DNA of 64,000 nt from a virus. Below, piece after piece: positions 28,835 to 38,941 of the stretch (position 1 is the stretch's first letter; each line of letters starts with the position of its first letter). The stretch is from IMG/VR virus record IMGVR_UViG_3300004369_000006, positions 1-64,000 of that record. One strand, given 5' to 3'. A program made the position numbers and the translations under genes. The notes below the pieces were generated by a model. It had not been told where the DNA came from. It worked only from the letters and a program-made list of their open reading frames with translations, and searched no databases.

Positions 28835-29832
28835 ATAAGTTCACTGTGAATAATTGAGTAAGCTTTATCATATCCTACATTAGCTACAAGATCAGACGGA
28901 TCTTTACTCTTGTATTTAGCAGGTATCTTAAGGTTCTGCTTGATAGAAGTAAATGTATTAATTATCTTTTTTGCTTGTATCTGACCCCAATTATTTGTTT
29001 TGTTATAATCGTTGTCATAAAGCAAAGAGATATTTAAGAATCTTCTTTTAAGCATATCAATTAACTCTTTGTCAGGCATCTGCATCTCACTAGATAATGC
29101 AATAGCATGTATGCCCATAGTATGTAACACCATAACATCCTTCATAGAAGATGTAATTACAATGTTATTACTTGTGTAAGGTAACTGATCTATACCTTGG
29201 ACTGTACTTGTATTGGTATTGGATAAGAATTTTAGTTTCTTACTCCGAGGTTGGTATATCTTGACTTGTGTATTATTCTCCATAAGGTATGCAAAAGCAA
29301 GTTTATCTGCCTTGATGTAATTATCATTGACATAGAAACTCTTTAATGATACCACGTTATAATAGTTTAATACATACTCGTCTATTCCAAACTTCTTCCA
29401 AAAAGCCAAGTCATCCGCAGTAAAGTTTTGAACTTTAAGTACAAACTTAGTCTTCTTCTTTTCAGGCTTCTGATAGGTAGTCTTCTTAGGTACTTTAACG
29501 TGCTTTATATTTGTCGATTTATACAATCCCAAATTAAAATCACTGTCAATCATGATAAGCGCATCCTTAAAACTGATATCGTATAATAGTTGCACGAACA
29601 TAATGCAGTTACCATGTTTATTCATACCAAAATCTGAAAACATTAGCGTATCATCTCCCTGCCATATACAAAAAGAAGGACTGCTATCATCTTCACGTAG
29701 AGGACTAGATATAGCATTACCTATAGTAATGGAAACCCCTGAATATCTATTGAAGACATCCAGGGGGTTAACCATTTTTAAGATATTATCAGCAGTGAGT
29801 GTTGCATCACTACTCCTGCTTGCTATTGCCAT
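28813..29832 (-). CDS. DNA primase (DnaG/TOPRIM-like, crAss type)
   Basis: SPLREDxxPSF...DFG N-terminal domain; TOPRIM-like ITSSMKD...LYDND; KDPSD. Confidence 0.8.
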   Translation of the reverse strand: MAIASRSSDATLTADNILKMVNPLDVFNRYSGVSITIGNAISSPLREDDSSPSFCIWQGDDTLMFSDFGMNKHGNCIMFVQLLYDISFKDALIMIDSDFNLGLYKSTNIKHVKVPKKTTYQKPEKKKTKFVLKVQNFTADDLAFWKKFGIDEYVLNYYNVVSLKSFYVNDNYIKADKLAFAYLMENNTQVKIYQPRSKKLKFLSNTNTSTVQGIDQLPYTSNNIVITSSMKDVMVLHTMGIHAIALSSEMQMPDKELIDMLKRRFLNISLLYDNDYNKTNNWGQIQAKKIINTFTSIKQNLKIPAKYKSKDPSDLVANVGYDKAYSIIHSELICTHKNN

Positions 29833-30620
29833 TATGCAAATATGCTTTTAATATCATCGTTAGAATCAGTGGAAATAACTTCTGCCTTCTGCTCTTTAAC
29901 TTCTTGAACAGATAGGTCAGATGGATACACCGCATCCCATGCAGTATATTCATTCTCTAAGGTACGTAAGAAACCTTTCTCATTGAAGTAGGTAAGACGA
30001 CCAAAGAACTTGTTGTACACACTTTGTACAAACTTATCATTGTTCATCGTTACACCACCTGCTAAGAGTACTACACGGTTTTCTTTAAGTTGAGTAACAT
30101 ACTCTTTCAACTCTGTGACATTCCCTTTAGCGAGTTCCTCACGGTTATCTAAACGACATTCACCTTCTGTAGCTACGTTAGCCCATGCTTTGATAAACAT
30201 CATTAGATCTTCCTCGCCTACAAATGCTTTAACAGCACTCTTCTTATCAACCCATTCTTGTAAATCATCTACACTACCAGCCCATCCTGTAGTACCAAAG
30301 GCATCAATGTATTGATTCTTATCACCTGCTTTATTAGTACGTAGTTTAGGACGCACAATAAAGTTTACACTAGTGGTAATTGGGTTCTCAATAGCAGAAC
30401 TATCAGATTGTACAATAAACTTAACTACAACAAAGTCATCACCGTTCTTATCTTTCTTGCGATATTCAGGTTTGTTATCAATTGTAGTGTTGTAGAGTTT
30501 CTCAAGCTCTGCTTTAGTAGGATTAACGGACAATACCTTAAAAGGAATTAAACCACCATATACGGTGTTGTCTTGTCCTGATACTACTTTCTCGTTACTG
30601 TTGTTGCTTTGAATAGCCAT
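29832..30620 (-). CDS. Putative single-stranded DNA-binding protein
   Basis: VNPTKAEL motif, acidic/aromatic C-terminal tail (DSNDDIKSIFA), location between Sak4-like ATPase and primase. Confidence 0.5.
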   Translation of the reverse strand: MAIQSNNSNEKVVSGQDNTVYGGLIPFKVLSVNPTKAELEKLYNTTIDNKPEYRKKDKNGDDFVVVKFIVQSDSSAIENPITTSVNFIVRPKLRTNKAGDKNQYIDAFGTTGWAGSVDDLQEWVDKKSAVKAFVGEEDLMMFIKAWANVATEGECRLDNREELAKGNVTELKEYVTQLKENRVVLLAGGVTMNNDKFVQSVYNKFFGRLTYFNEKGFLRTLENEYTAWDAVYPSDLSVQEVKEQKAEVISTDSNDDIKSIFA

Positions 30621-30631
30621 TTTAGTTTAAT

Positions 30632-30970
30632 TTATTGGTTACTATCATCAATTACTCGGAAAGGCAAACGATTACTTCTACGGGGTTTGCGATTAAATAA
30701 GGCTGGATAGCGAGAAAATAGCGTATCTATATCTTTCTTATCATGCCCAATCATAACTGCAATTTCCTCACGATCAAAGCCCTCTTCTAAGAAGTCAATA
30801 ATCTGAGTAATACGTACCTCTTCCCAAGGTTCTTTTGCAGGAACTACATCCCATGCTAGGGGTTTGTCGTTCTTTACTTTAATAGGTTCTTGTTCAACCA
30901 TAGGTTCTGTTTCTGTGTCTATATCAGGTAACCTTTCCTGTGTAGCCCAATCATAAGTTATTCTATCCAT
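30632..30970 (-). CDS. Hypothetical protein with possible HTH
   Basis: LEEGFDREEIAVMIG pattern. Confidence 0.55.
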   Translation of the reverse strand: MDRITYDWATQERLPDIDTETEPMVEQEPIKVKNDKPLAWDVVPAKEPWEEVRITQIIDFLEEGFDREEIAVMIGHDKKDIDTLFSRYPALFNRKPRRSNRLPFRVIDDSNQ

Positions 30971-31212
30971 ACTTTTGCAAATTCTCCTAGTGCATCTAAT
31001 TTAATTACATAAGATGAAGAATTAGATTGTGGAATTATCCCAACCTTTTCTCCGTTAAGTTCAGCTTTCATAGCTTCACTCAAATACAACTTGGTTCTAT
31101 AGTGGGTAACATAAGGTTCCCCTTTTCTGTTGTATTTAACTTCCTGCGTTCTTGGTCCTGGCTTTGCCATCTTTAATTGAATTAAGTCCGTAATAATCTC
31201 GAATAGTTGCAT
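30958..31212 (-). CDS. Hypothetical protein
   Basis: Overlaps both neighbours; likely start at MAKPGP. Confidence 0.5.
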   Translation of the reverse strand: MQLFEIITDLIQLKMAKPGPRTQEVKYNRKGEPYVTHYRTKLYLSEAMKAELNGEKVGIIPQSNSSSYVIKLDALGEFAKVWIE

Positions 31213-31858
31213 CGACTTCTAATAGATCATTATCTACTAAAGAGTCTTCAAACATTCCTACAGGAGTCTTACAAGTGTCACGACCTGTAGTTTGGGTTCT
31301 GAATTTGTACTGCACTCCTTCAGCTTTCTTTTGAACATCCGCATATAGTACAATAGTGCTTTTGCTTTCAGGTCTAACCTTTCTCAGCATACCCCCGTGT
31401 ACTGCTATGCGCATTTCAATAAGCCCTGTATCCTCGTTTAATGTTTCTTCAGGATGTGCCATCAGATATACATACATATCATCAGGCGTATTATCACGTA
31501 TGTAATTAAACAATTGATACTGATTCGCAGCCATCTCACCCCACTTGGTCATGTAGTCTTTACCTTGCTTGCGAAACTCTTCACTAAATACAAGATCATT
31601 GACATTCATGTTCCAAGTATCTATCACGATAATCTTCTTATCATTTTCAGCACCGTACTTGATAATAGCACGTATGTCTTCAATGTCAGAAGTTTCGAGA
31701 TAGTTTTTGAGTTCCTTATTCCACTGCTTACCATACTGCCGCCAAGGTAATTCTTTCTTGTCGGTGTTAATGATAATACATTTTTCAGGGGGTAAGTTCC
31801 TCATGGAGTAGCTCTTACCCATACCAGTATTAGCTACAATAAAACATAATCTACCCAT
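31136..31858 (-). CDS. AAA_24/Sak4-like P-loop ATPase
   Basis: Walker A ANTGMGKS, Walker B IIVIDT, C-terminal KTPxGMF...NDL. Confidence 0.8.
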   Translation of the reverse strand: MGRLCFIVANTGMGKSYSMRNLPPEKCIIINTDKKELPWRQYGKQWNKELKNYLETSDIEDIRAIIKYGAENDKKIIVIDTWNMNVNDLVFSEEFRKQGKDYMTKWGEMAANQYQLFNYIRDNTPDDMYVYLMAHPEETLNEDTGLIEMRIAVHGGMLRKVRPESKSTIVLYADVQKKAEGVQYKFRTQTTGRDTCKTPVGMFEDSLVDNDLLEVDATIRDYYGLNSIKDGKARTKNAGS

Positions 31859-32931
31859 TACACATTGGTTTTGATATTGGTTACTAATTCATAGCGTTGT
31901 GGCGACATTTCCTCTGCTTTGGGCATTTCTTCAAAGATACTAGACTCACCTATGAACAGCATAGGAATACGCTTTTGTGCGCTACCATATCTGTTCTTAA
32001 GTACAATGCCTGCACGGAATCTGTCTTGCAACTGCTCAATGTCATATCCACGATATTCAGTTAGTTCAAACTGCCTAGGATTAAACAAAGCAAAGACGGT
32101 TTCTGCATCTTGTACAGTGTTACCTGAATCTTTGAAATCATTAAGGGTAGGTTCTAATTTATTAAGCCTCATGCGATCAGTGCTTGCAAAACTACGATTT
32201 AACTGCTGAACTACTACAGGGCTAATACCATAAGTATTCCTCAGGTTAATCATGTACTCTGACATCTTGTCGATGTTGGCTTTTACATTAAAACTTCTCT
32301 CCTTCTTAATCAGACTAATATGGTCAATGATACACAAGGTATAATTGTTCTTACCGTTGGGTATAAAACCATTAACATACTGCTTGTCATTACCATCATC
32401 ATCTGTAAATGTACCATACGTAGGTGTACCTAAATTCTCATGGGCATATCGAGTTAAAGTTTTCTCTATTCCCGTAGGGTTTTCAGGTATGTCGTTTACC
32501 ACTAATACATCCTCTAATTTACTAAAATACTCCCTGGTTTCCAAGACTTTAGAGTAAATTTCTTGGCTAATCCTGTTCTTACCACGTGATAAAACATAGT
32601 TTACATCAGCCACTAAACCATACTGATAATATAGCTTACGGGTAATGGCTTTAGTCAGAATCATCTCTGTCTTCAACTCGAAAGAAAAGTAGAATATCTT
32701 GAGATTACCTTTGTCAGGAAACTTCATGACATCTTCAAAGGGATTAAGTACAAATGCATTGAGGGTAAACGTAGATTTACCTGCACCTGGATCACCACCG
32801 ATTAGATAGTAAGTACCCTTTTGTACATTAGGTATATGAGTCCGTAGTCTTGGAAAGCCCATGTTAAGACCTTCATTAAGACCTGCTTTGCCGTCTTCAA
32901 TCCATTTAACGGTACTGTCAAAGTAACTCAT
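31858..32931 (-). CDS. Replicative SF4 (DnaB-like) helicase
   Basis: GDPGAGKS, FSFE, IIDHI, QQLNR, DSG...QDA, KNRYG. Confidence 0.9.
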   Translation of the reverse strand: MSYFDSTVKWIEDGKAGLNEGLNMGFPRLRTHIPNVQKGTYYLIGGDPGAGKSTFTLNAFVLNPFEDVMKFPDKGNLKIFYFSFELKTEMILTKAITRKLYYQYGLVADVNYVLSRGKNRISQEIYSKVLETREYFSKLEDVLVVNDIPENPTGIEKTLTRYAHENLGTPTYGTFTDDDGNDKQYVNGFIPNGKNNYTLCIIDHISLIKKERSFNVKANIDKMSEYMINLRNTYGISPVVVQQLNRSFASTDRMRLNKLEPTLNDFKDSGNTVQDAETVFALFNPRQFELTEYRGYDIEQLQDRFRAGIVLKNRYGSAQKRIPMLFIGESSIFEEMPKAEEMSPQRYELVTNIKTNV

Positions 32932-33542
32932 ATGTCTTCTGTAAAATCAGTAGTAGGTGTAGTAGTTTCTCCTTCTCTATAAGCTTCTATGTAACCCATA
33001 AGCATAGACACTCCATTCTTCTCAATGAAGTAATCTGCACAAGTCATCTTCTCATAGAAAGTATCCTTGGCTTTGCCTACATAAATCTTAGTAGCTTCTA
33101 TAATCTCTGTAGGGGTTACATCAGGGTTATCACGCATTAGTTTCTGCATCTTCTTAATGCAACCTTTGCGGTCACCCTTGACTAGTCTACTACCTGTATA
33201 CACACCTGATGGAAATAGCTTACGATACTCATCAATGATATTCATAACTAGATGATCACTAGCACCTATAAATGCTTTACCATCTTGGGTTATCAATAAT
33301 TTCTTAAGTACTTTGTGAGCATATTCCATGTGCAATCCCGTAGGAGATTCATTGGGATCTCTCATGCGTATAAGTCCTTTCTCATAGAGATACAAGAAAG
33401 AAACATTAGAAAACAAGAATGGGTTATTCTCTACGAGTTTCTGAACATCACCATCCTCTGCACTATTAAGCAATAGCAATGTAAAGTATGCTCCTGCATC
33501 AATATCTACAACTTTACTTAGATGTTTCAGATTTATCTCCAT
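32928..33542 (-). CDS. Hypothetical protein upstream of helicase (possible initiator/loader)
   Basis: ATGA-coupled to the helicase gene; function inferred only from position. Confidence 0.55.
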   Translation of the reverse strand: MEINLKHLSKVVDIDAGAYFTLLLLNSAEDGDVQKLVENNPFLFSNVSFLYLYEKGLIRMRDPNESPTGLHMEYAHKVLKKLLITQDGKAFIGASDHLVMNIIDEYRKLFPSGVYTGSRLVKGDRKGCIKKMQKLMRDNPDVTPTEIIEATKIYVGKAKDTFYEKMTCADYFIEKNGVSMLMGYIEAYREGETTTPTTDFTEDI

Positions 33543-33651
33543 CTTTCCATTCGGCTTCTAGGGTTAGTCTTTGAATTTTAATCATCTCAGCAGCTTCATC
33601 AGTTTGATAACCTGCATCAATTAATTCTAAATAGCGTTTAGTCCAGCTCAT
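33514..33651 (-). CDS. Small hypothetical protein (45 aa, not in ORF track)
   Basis: MSWTKRYLELIDAGYQTDEAAEMIKIQRLTLEAEWKDGDKSETSK; bridges the gap and overlaps both neighbours. Confidence 0.5.
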   Translation of the reverse strand: MSWTKRYLELIDAGYQTDEAAEMIKIQRLTLEAEWKDGDKSETSK

Positions 33652-34852
33652 TGTACTTCTGTTTTAAATCCATAAATCCATTACATTTTACTAATTGATA
33701 ATCTGCAAACTCTAATCCTTCCATCATTTTATTAAACCATCCTTCTTCGCGAGTACCCTCTGTGCAGAATATGATAACCTTTAGAGGTCCAAATTCTCCA
33801 CCACGAGTTCCTCTACCTATTCGTTGAATAAGGTCTTTGGATTTGCTAAAATATGATGTGATAATTATAGCATCTACATAACCAAGGTTTTCACCCTGTT
33901 TAAGTTTATGAAAAGAACCTATCTGTTCTATGTGTCCTTTCCTAAATCGTTCTATCAGTTGTTGATTCTGATATTTACCACTGCGATAGCTCACTACATA
34001 AGGTACTATCTTCTGTATAAAAGAGATGTTATTGCCAAACACAATAACCTGTCCTTTGGTTACATCTTTAAGTATCTTCTTAGCAAGTCCTATCTTACTG
34101 CGTAGGTCATAGAGTATCTTAGAGTACTCTGCCATAATTTTATTAATCATAAAGCTATTCCTACGCATACCGTAGTACTTTAGCTTATTCTTATAATACT
34201 CAATAGCAGATATTTCATTGTACTTCTTGCCTTTGATATTTACTTCATACTTATCATCAGCTTCATGCTTAACCTTATAGATAATAATATCACGGTTAAA
34301 CTTCATGTAGCTATAGATTACAGGTGCGACTTTATTAATTAAATCGCCTTTAGTAAACTCATAGCCATCTGAGGTGCGATAAGTTGTAGAAGTATCAATT
34401 GTTGCTGACAAGCCAAGTATATGGGTAAATTTAGTCTGTATGTACAGTTTACCATACTGTGGTGTTAGTGAGTCGTGAATCTCATCTGCAATAATAAGGT
34501 CATAGGTATTACCTTCTAAGCGTTTATAACTTTGATAACACTCAAAGGTAATGTCATGTCCTAGGTCTTCTAAAGGGTTAGTACCAAAGATTTCTTTGTA
34601 CTTCTGACCTTCTACCATAAAGCTCTGATCACGGTTGTTGCGCTCATAAGCTATTAAGACAGTAGAGTTAGGTGGTATCATACATAAAGCATGCATAGCT
34701 ATAAAAGTCTTACCGTTACCAGTAATAACTTCTGCAGTACCTATGCCTTCTGCTTCATACCACTTTTGCAATGCGTCTTTGTGAATGGAATTGCGAAAGT
34801 CAACCTCTAGAACTTCATCACTGATGAGTTCGTGGGGTTGTTTAGCAAGCAT
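33638..34852 (-). CDS. SF2 DExH helicase
   Basis: TGNGKT, DEIH, LSAT, QRIGRGTR. Confidence 0.88.
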   Translation of the reverse strand: MLAKQPHELISDEVLEVDFRNSIHKDALQKWYEAEGIGTAEVITGNGKTFIAMHALCMIPPNSTVLIAYERNNRDQSFMVEGQKYKEIFGTNPLEDLGHDITFECYQSYKRLEGNTYDLIIADEIHDSLTPQYGKLYIQTKFTHILGLSATIDTSTTYRTSDGYEFTKGDLINKVAPVIYSYMKFNRDIIIYKVKHEADDKYEVNIKGKKYNEISAIEYYKNKLKYYGMRRNSFMINKIMAEYSKILYDLRSKIGLAKKILKDVTKGQVIVFGNNISFIQKIVPYVVSYRSGKYQNQQLIERFRKGHIEQIGSFHKLKQGENLGYVDAIIITSYFSKSKDLIQRIGRGTRGGEFGPLKVIIFCTEGTREEGWFNKMMEGLEFADYQLVKCNGFMDLKQKYNELD

Positions 34853-34862
34853 AATGGATTAA

Positions 34863-35063
34863 TTAGTCGATAAATGTAGAATTGGAAGTCCAGTAATATC
34901 CCCCCTGATTATCAAGTGGATTTTCAACATCCTTAATGTGGTCGAGAATATACTCAACTTGTTTAGGAGTCAATCCATCTTTTGCATCAGAGAGATATTC
35001 CTTTATCCAATAGAAAAAATCTTCCTTGTTCATGTTGTTAATCTTTAATCCAATAATCAGCAA
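34863..35063 (-). CDS. Small hypothetical protein
   Basis: ORF after polA; likely start at MNKEDF. Confidence 0.5.
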   Translation of the reverse strand: MLIIGLKINNMNKEDFFYWIKEYLSDAKDGLTPKQVEYILDHIKDVENPLDNQGGYYWTSNSTFID

Positions 35064-36915
35064 TATCAGGATTTACTTCTACCCCAATACGAGGACAGTA
35101 TAACTTAGCTGCATCTTCCATACATTGCTTCATGATGTTTTTCCACTTTTCTGCATCCCTTGATGGAACCTCCAAGTGAATTTCATCGTGAACATACGCA
35201 CTTAAAAATACTTTTCCAAGTTTACCTTCCTTAATTATTTGATCAAAGATAGCAATACTAGCAAGTTTAACCATACCTGCGGCACTAGATTGTATAGGAT
35301 AATTCATGGCTCGTCTTTCATATTCGCCTTTAGCAATGAAATGACGTCTAGCTACTTGCTTATCATTTATATAGCCACGAGCACCACGTTGTATAATAGC
35401 AATATCATCATGATATACTTTGCGTTTTAAGACACGGTCTACATCAATATATCCTTGTGCTATAGACTCACTCTTAATCTTATCAAAGTATGCCCTAACA
35501 TCAGGGAATGCCTTGAAGTAAGCTGTTTCTACCTCGTCACCTACCTCTTTAGTTACAGATAAGTTATTGGCTATAGTAGCACCATTGCCACCATAAGCCA
35601 ATGCAAAGTTAGCACCCTTAGCTTTCTTACGCAGATCCCCATATTGATCTTTAATCTCATTGTAAGATAGTTCGCCTAACACATCAGGGTATAGCTTCTG
35701 TGCTACGAAAGAATGAATATCTCCCTTACCGCTAAGATAAAACTCTAGCATAGAGGATTCATTAGCATACTCAGCAAGGATTCTAGATTCCTGCGCACTA
35801 TAGTCACCTACAATCAAAGTTCTGCCTTGCTCTACAGAGAAGCATTTACGTATCTCTTCTGTAGCAGGAATATTCTGCAGGTTAGGATTCTTAGATGATA
35901 TGCGACCAGTCTTTAGTATTTGCCAATAGTCAGTATGTATTCTACCTGTGCTTTCATTGATATACTTTAGAAAGTCATAGCCATACGTACTTGCTCTCTT
36001 AGCCCAGTAACTACGTTCTAGCAGTTGCTTTACTATAGGATGGTCAATAGTTGCAAGCTTCTTCTTATCTACAGTATCTACGTCAACTCCTACTTCATTA
36101 AGCAGTTTAATCACCTGTTGAGAGCTATTCCAGTTGATGGTAATCTCTTGGTAGTCATCAAACAAAGTCCTAACGTGCTTAATAAATGGCTTGATGTTAT
36201 GCATAAGGATATACTGATTGAGTTGATTGGTTATCTCAACCAGTTTCATTTTACTATCCGCAGATATCTTCTTCCATGCTTCTGCATCTATAGACATACC
36301 ATGAAACTCAGTATATGCCAATACCTTGACGTACTCATACTCTACCTTAGCAGTAATAAGCAAGTCTTTGCTTTTTAGTTTGGCTAACTGCATCTCATAT
36401 ATCTTATGCAGATACTTTACATCATCAGCAGAATATACTATAACCTCCTCGTCATATATAGTATCCTCAGTAATACGATCACGAACACCTTTATCTAAGT
36501 CTATATCTAGATACATCTTAGCCAGTTTACCTAGTCCCTTAGATACATTATTATTACCCGTGTATAGTATCACTTCATTGAGCATAGTATCTATAACGTT
36601 AGTCGGGTATATCCTATGTTTATACAGAAACTTCAAGTCAAACTTGGCGTTGTGCATAATGAGGATTTTACTCTCTAACTCGCTCTTAAACAGGTTAATA
36701 GATACCTTAGTAAGATCTATAACAAACTGTCGGTTATAGTTACCGATTTGCAGTGTTAGTAGCTTACAAGTATGAGGATCAAACCCAGATGTTTCTGTAT
36801 CTACAGCTAGTATAGTCTGATGAGATATCCAATGGAAGAAACTTTCATACTCATAGAGCTGTAACTCATTGTCTATAAATGTGATTTCTTCTAATCTAGA
36901 TTTGATATCTTCCAT
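35038..36915 (-). CDS. polA: DNA polymerase, family A, with 3'-5' exonuclease domain
   Basis: Exo DTET, HNAKFD, YSADD; TGRISS-NPNLQNIP; motif A DYSAQE; motif B RKKAKGANFALAYG; motif C HDE. Confidence 0.95.
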   Translation of the reverse strand: MEDIKSRLEEITFIDNELQLYEYESFFHWISHQTILAVDTETSGFDPHTCKLLTLQIGNYNRQFVIDLTKVSINLFKSELESKILIMHNAKFDLKFLYKHRIYPTNVIDTMLNEVILYTGNNNVSKGLGKLAKMYLDIDLDKGVRDRITEDTIYDEEVIVYSADDVKYLHKIYEMQLAKLKSKDLLITAKVEYEYVKVLAYTEFHGMSIDAEAWKKISADSKMKLVEITNQLNQYILMHNIKPFIKHVRTLFDDYQEITINWNSSQQVIKLLNEVGVDVDTVDKKKLATIDHPIVKQLLERSYWAKRASTYGYDFLKYINESTGRIHTDYWQILKTGRISSKNPNLQNIPATEEIRKCFSVEQGRTLIVGDYSAQESRILAEYANESSMLEFYLSGKGDIHSFVAQKLYPDVLGELSYNEIKDQYGDLRKKAKGANFALAYGGNGATIANNLSVTKEVGDEVETAYFKAFPDVRAYFDKIKSESIAQGYIDVDRVLKRKVYHDDIAIIQRGARGYINDKQVARRHFIAKGEYERRAMNYPIQSSAAGMVKLASIAIFDQIIKEGKLGKVFLSAYVHDEIHLEVPSRDAEKWKNIMKQCMEDAAKLYCPRIGVEVNPDIADYWIKD

Positions 36916-36917
36916 AA

Positions 36918-37376
36918 TTATAGTTCACCAACGTTTTGATAGGAATAATAGCCTTCATGACTAATGATAAGATGGTCTATAAGCTGAAAATCTAGTAGTT
37001 TACTAGCCTCTTTCATTTTCTGTGTCATCTTATCATCTTGCTTACTAGGCTTTAATAATCCGCTAGGGTGGTTGTGTATTAAAATAAATGCTGCTGAGTT
37101 GGCTAAGTTAAACAATATCTTAAATACTACCGTAGGGTCTATTAAAGTTCCTGTGGTACCACCTATACTTACTACGTGATAACCCAGTACTTCATTACCT
37201 CTATTTAAGGCAAGCATAACCATACGCTCTCTTAACTGCATGTCTTGGAATACATTGTCCCATAAATGTTTAGCAAGATTATAAACGTCATCGGGGCATG
37301 TAATCTTATAATTTGTTTTTGCTTTATATCCGACCTTTACTTTGATCTCGGATATATTAGAGATTTCATCAATCAT
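36918..37376 (-). CDS. RadC-like JAB domain protein
   Basis: E...HNHPSG..PSxxD...DHLII; start moved to ATG 37376 because the longer ORF runs through a terminator. Confidence 0.88.
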   Translation of the reverse strand: MIDEISNISEIKVKVGYKAKTNYKITCPDDVYNLAKHLWDNVFQDMQLRERMVMLALNRGNEVLGYHVVSIGGTTGTLIDPTVVFKILFNLANSAAFILIHNHPSGLLKPSKQDDKMTQKMKEASKLLDFQLIDHLIISHEGYYSYQNVGEL

Positions 37377-37392
37377 AATATATATAATAATT

Positions 37393-37425
37393 AAAAAGGG
37401 CAGCCCCATTGCTAGACTGCCCTCT
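37393..37425 (-). terminator. Intrinsic terminator after dUTPase
   Basis: - strand AGGGCAGTCT-loop-GGGCTGCCCT followed by TTTT. Confidence 0.75.
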
Positions 37426-37463
37426 ACATAACCAATCAAAACACAAACATGAAAGATGCAATG

Positions 37464-37925
37464 TTACCTTCCAGTAGAACCAAATCCTCCATCTTGACGA
37501 TCAGAGTTATCTAGTACACTAACTTCTTCTGTTAAAGTAATATCAAAATAGGGTACAATTACAAGCTGTAGTACTCTGTAACCAATAATCTCAAACTTAA
37601 AATAGCTCTGTGCTTCATTCTCTGTGGTAGGCTCTAGAAATTGAAACCTAGCACGTATTTCACCACGGTAGCCTGAGTCTATAATACCTACATTATTAAT
37701 CATACGCATCTTCCTATTGGTGCTACTACGTGGTACTAACATACCAAAGTAACCTTGAGGAATCTCTACTGCAATAGCGGTATTGATTATAAACTCTTCA
37801 ATGATATTGGGATTATTGGCAGAACGGATTACATCTACACTGTGCCCTGCTAAATCTGTTCCTGCGTCACTACTCCTTTTCTTAGGATGGATAATGACAT
37901 CTTCACTCAGCTTCTTGTATTTCAT
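37464..37925 (-). CDS. dut: Trimeric dUTPase
   Basis: AGTDL, PRSS, GIIDSGYRGEI, QLV, RxxGGFGSTG. Confidence 0.95.
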   Translation of the reverse strand: MKYKKLSEDVIIHPKKRSSDAGTDLAGHSVDVIRSANNPNIIEEFIINTAIAVEIPQGYFGMLVPRSSTNRKMRMINNVGIIDSGYRGEIRARFQFLEPTTENEAQSYFKFEIIGYRVLQLVIVPYFDITLTEEVSVLDNSDRQDGGFGSTGR

Positions 37926-37926
37926 C

Positions 37927-38343
37927 TTATTTGTACTGATATGCTACACTACAATGTTCTTCTCCTACATGCAAATATACAGTACAAAGACCTACCTGTG
38001 CTTGGTATAGGATACTACCTGTTTCTTGTTCGGTAATTAGGTCAATCATGTAGTAGTCATCTGCATCTACAAAGTCAGGCATGTATGCTTTGTTGACATA
38101 GCGAGCACCTTGGATGTCTTTAAAGAATTGATTGTGCCCACTAGCAATACCTACGCTATTATGTTTAAATGAACGAATGTAAAATTTATCTTTGGTAGAA
38201 TAAATAAGGTTTTCATCAGCATCTTGATAATAACCAGGTTCTCCAGGTATTTCTTTGTAGTTTAAATACGCGTTTTTAGTTGGGATTTGTGCAAAGGCAA
38301 CTGATGTGGCAAACAAAGCCACTGATAAGATAATAGATTTCAT
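37927..38343 (-). CDS. Secreted/periplasmic protein with Sec signal peptide
   Basis: MKSIILSVALFATSVAFA|Q: A-x-A cleavage site followed by Gln. Confidence 0.7.
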   Translation of the reverse strand: MKSIILSVALFATSVAFAQIPTKNAYLNYKEIPGEPGYYQDADENLIYSTKDKFYIRSFKHNSVGIASGHNQFFKDIQGARYVNKAYMPDFVDADDYYMIDLITEQETGSILYQAQVGLCTVYLHVGEEHCSVAYQYK

Positions 38344-38351
38344 AGTAATGA

Positions 38352-38546
38352 TTATTTAGATAGTTTGTGAAAGCGGCGCATAATCTCTATAAGAATATAG
38401 AAATATATCATTAGCATACTGCAAGCCAATAAGTCTAGTAATAGCCAACCTGTACCATTTACAAATAGCATAATTAATAGAAATAATCCAACTGCCAATG
38501 CAATGAGGTGAGCGATACTGAAATTGATATTAAGAATCTTGATCAT
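38352..38546 (-). CDS. Small two-TM membrane protein
   Basis: Two hydrophobic segments and a basic C-terminus. Confidence 0.6.
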   Translation of the reverse strand: MIKILNINFSIAHLIALAVGLFLLIMLFVNGTGWLLLDLLACSMLMIYFYILIEIMRRFHKLSK

Positions 38547-38940
38547 CTTCTTTGGGTTTAGATTGTTTGTTTTTAGCTACAAGGGTAGCACGAATTTCAA
38601 GTACACGTTGAAAGAGTCTTTTCTCTATCTGTGTCATTTGAAACTTACTAATGCCAATGTCCTTAGCCATGTCTTTAATTAGCACACTAGGTAGTGTAGC
38701 TGCAGACATGATAAGAGGCATTTCTTCTACGGTATACTCTCTATCTTGTGTAAAGTCTAGTAAGTATGCCCAAGCATTAATTACTTCGTTTAGAGGTGCT
38801 CCTCCATTGCTTTTAATAAAACTTTGTCCTTTTCGTGTAGCTAATACGAAATAGTAATCTTCAGAACCAATCTCAACAGAGTTGATTCCATCATTGAGCT
38901 TCTCAATTAGTTCGAGAAACTCCTCGTTATTTTCTGACAT
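38530..38940 (-). CDS. Hypothetical protein
   Basis: Packed operon ORF. Confidence 0.65.
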   Translation of the reverse strand: MSENNEEFLELIEKLNDGINSVEIGSEDYYFVLATRKGQSFIKSNGGAPLNEVINAWAYLLDFTQDREYTVEEMPLIMSAATLPSVLIKDMAKDIGISKFQMTQIEKRLFQRVLEIRATLVAKNKQSKPKEDDQDS

Positions 38941-38941
38941 A

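Noticed and set aside
35038-36915. Intein/intron or unusual motif B residue in PolA (inteins also considered for terL and helicases)
   Set aside because: Lengths are ordinary, motifs are contiguous, and motif B has the standard Phe.
37377-37439. N-terminal hydrophobic extension of the RadC/JAB ORF in the track
   Set aside because: Spans an intrinsic terminator and AT-rich leader; ATG 37376 is the more plausible start.
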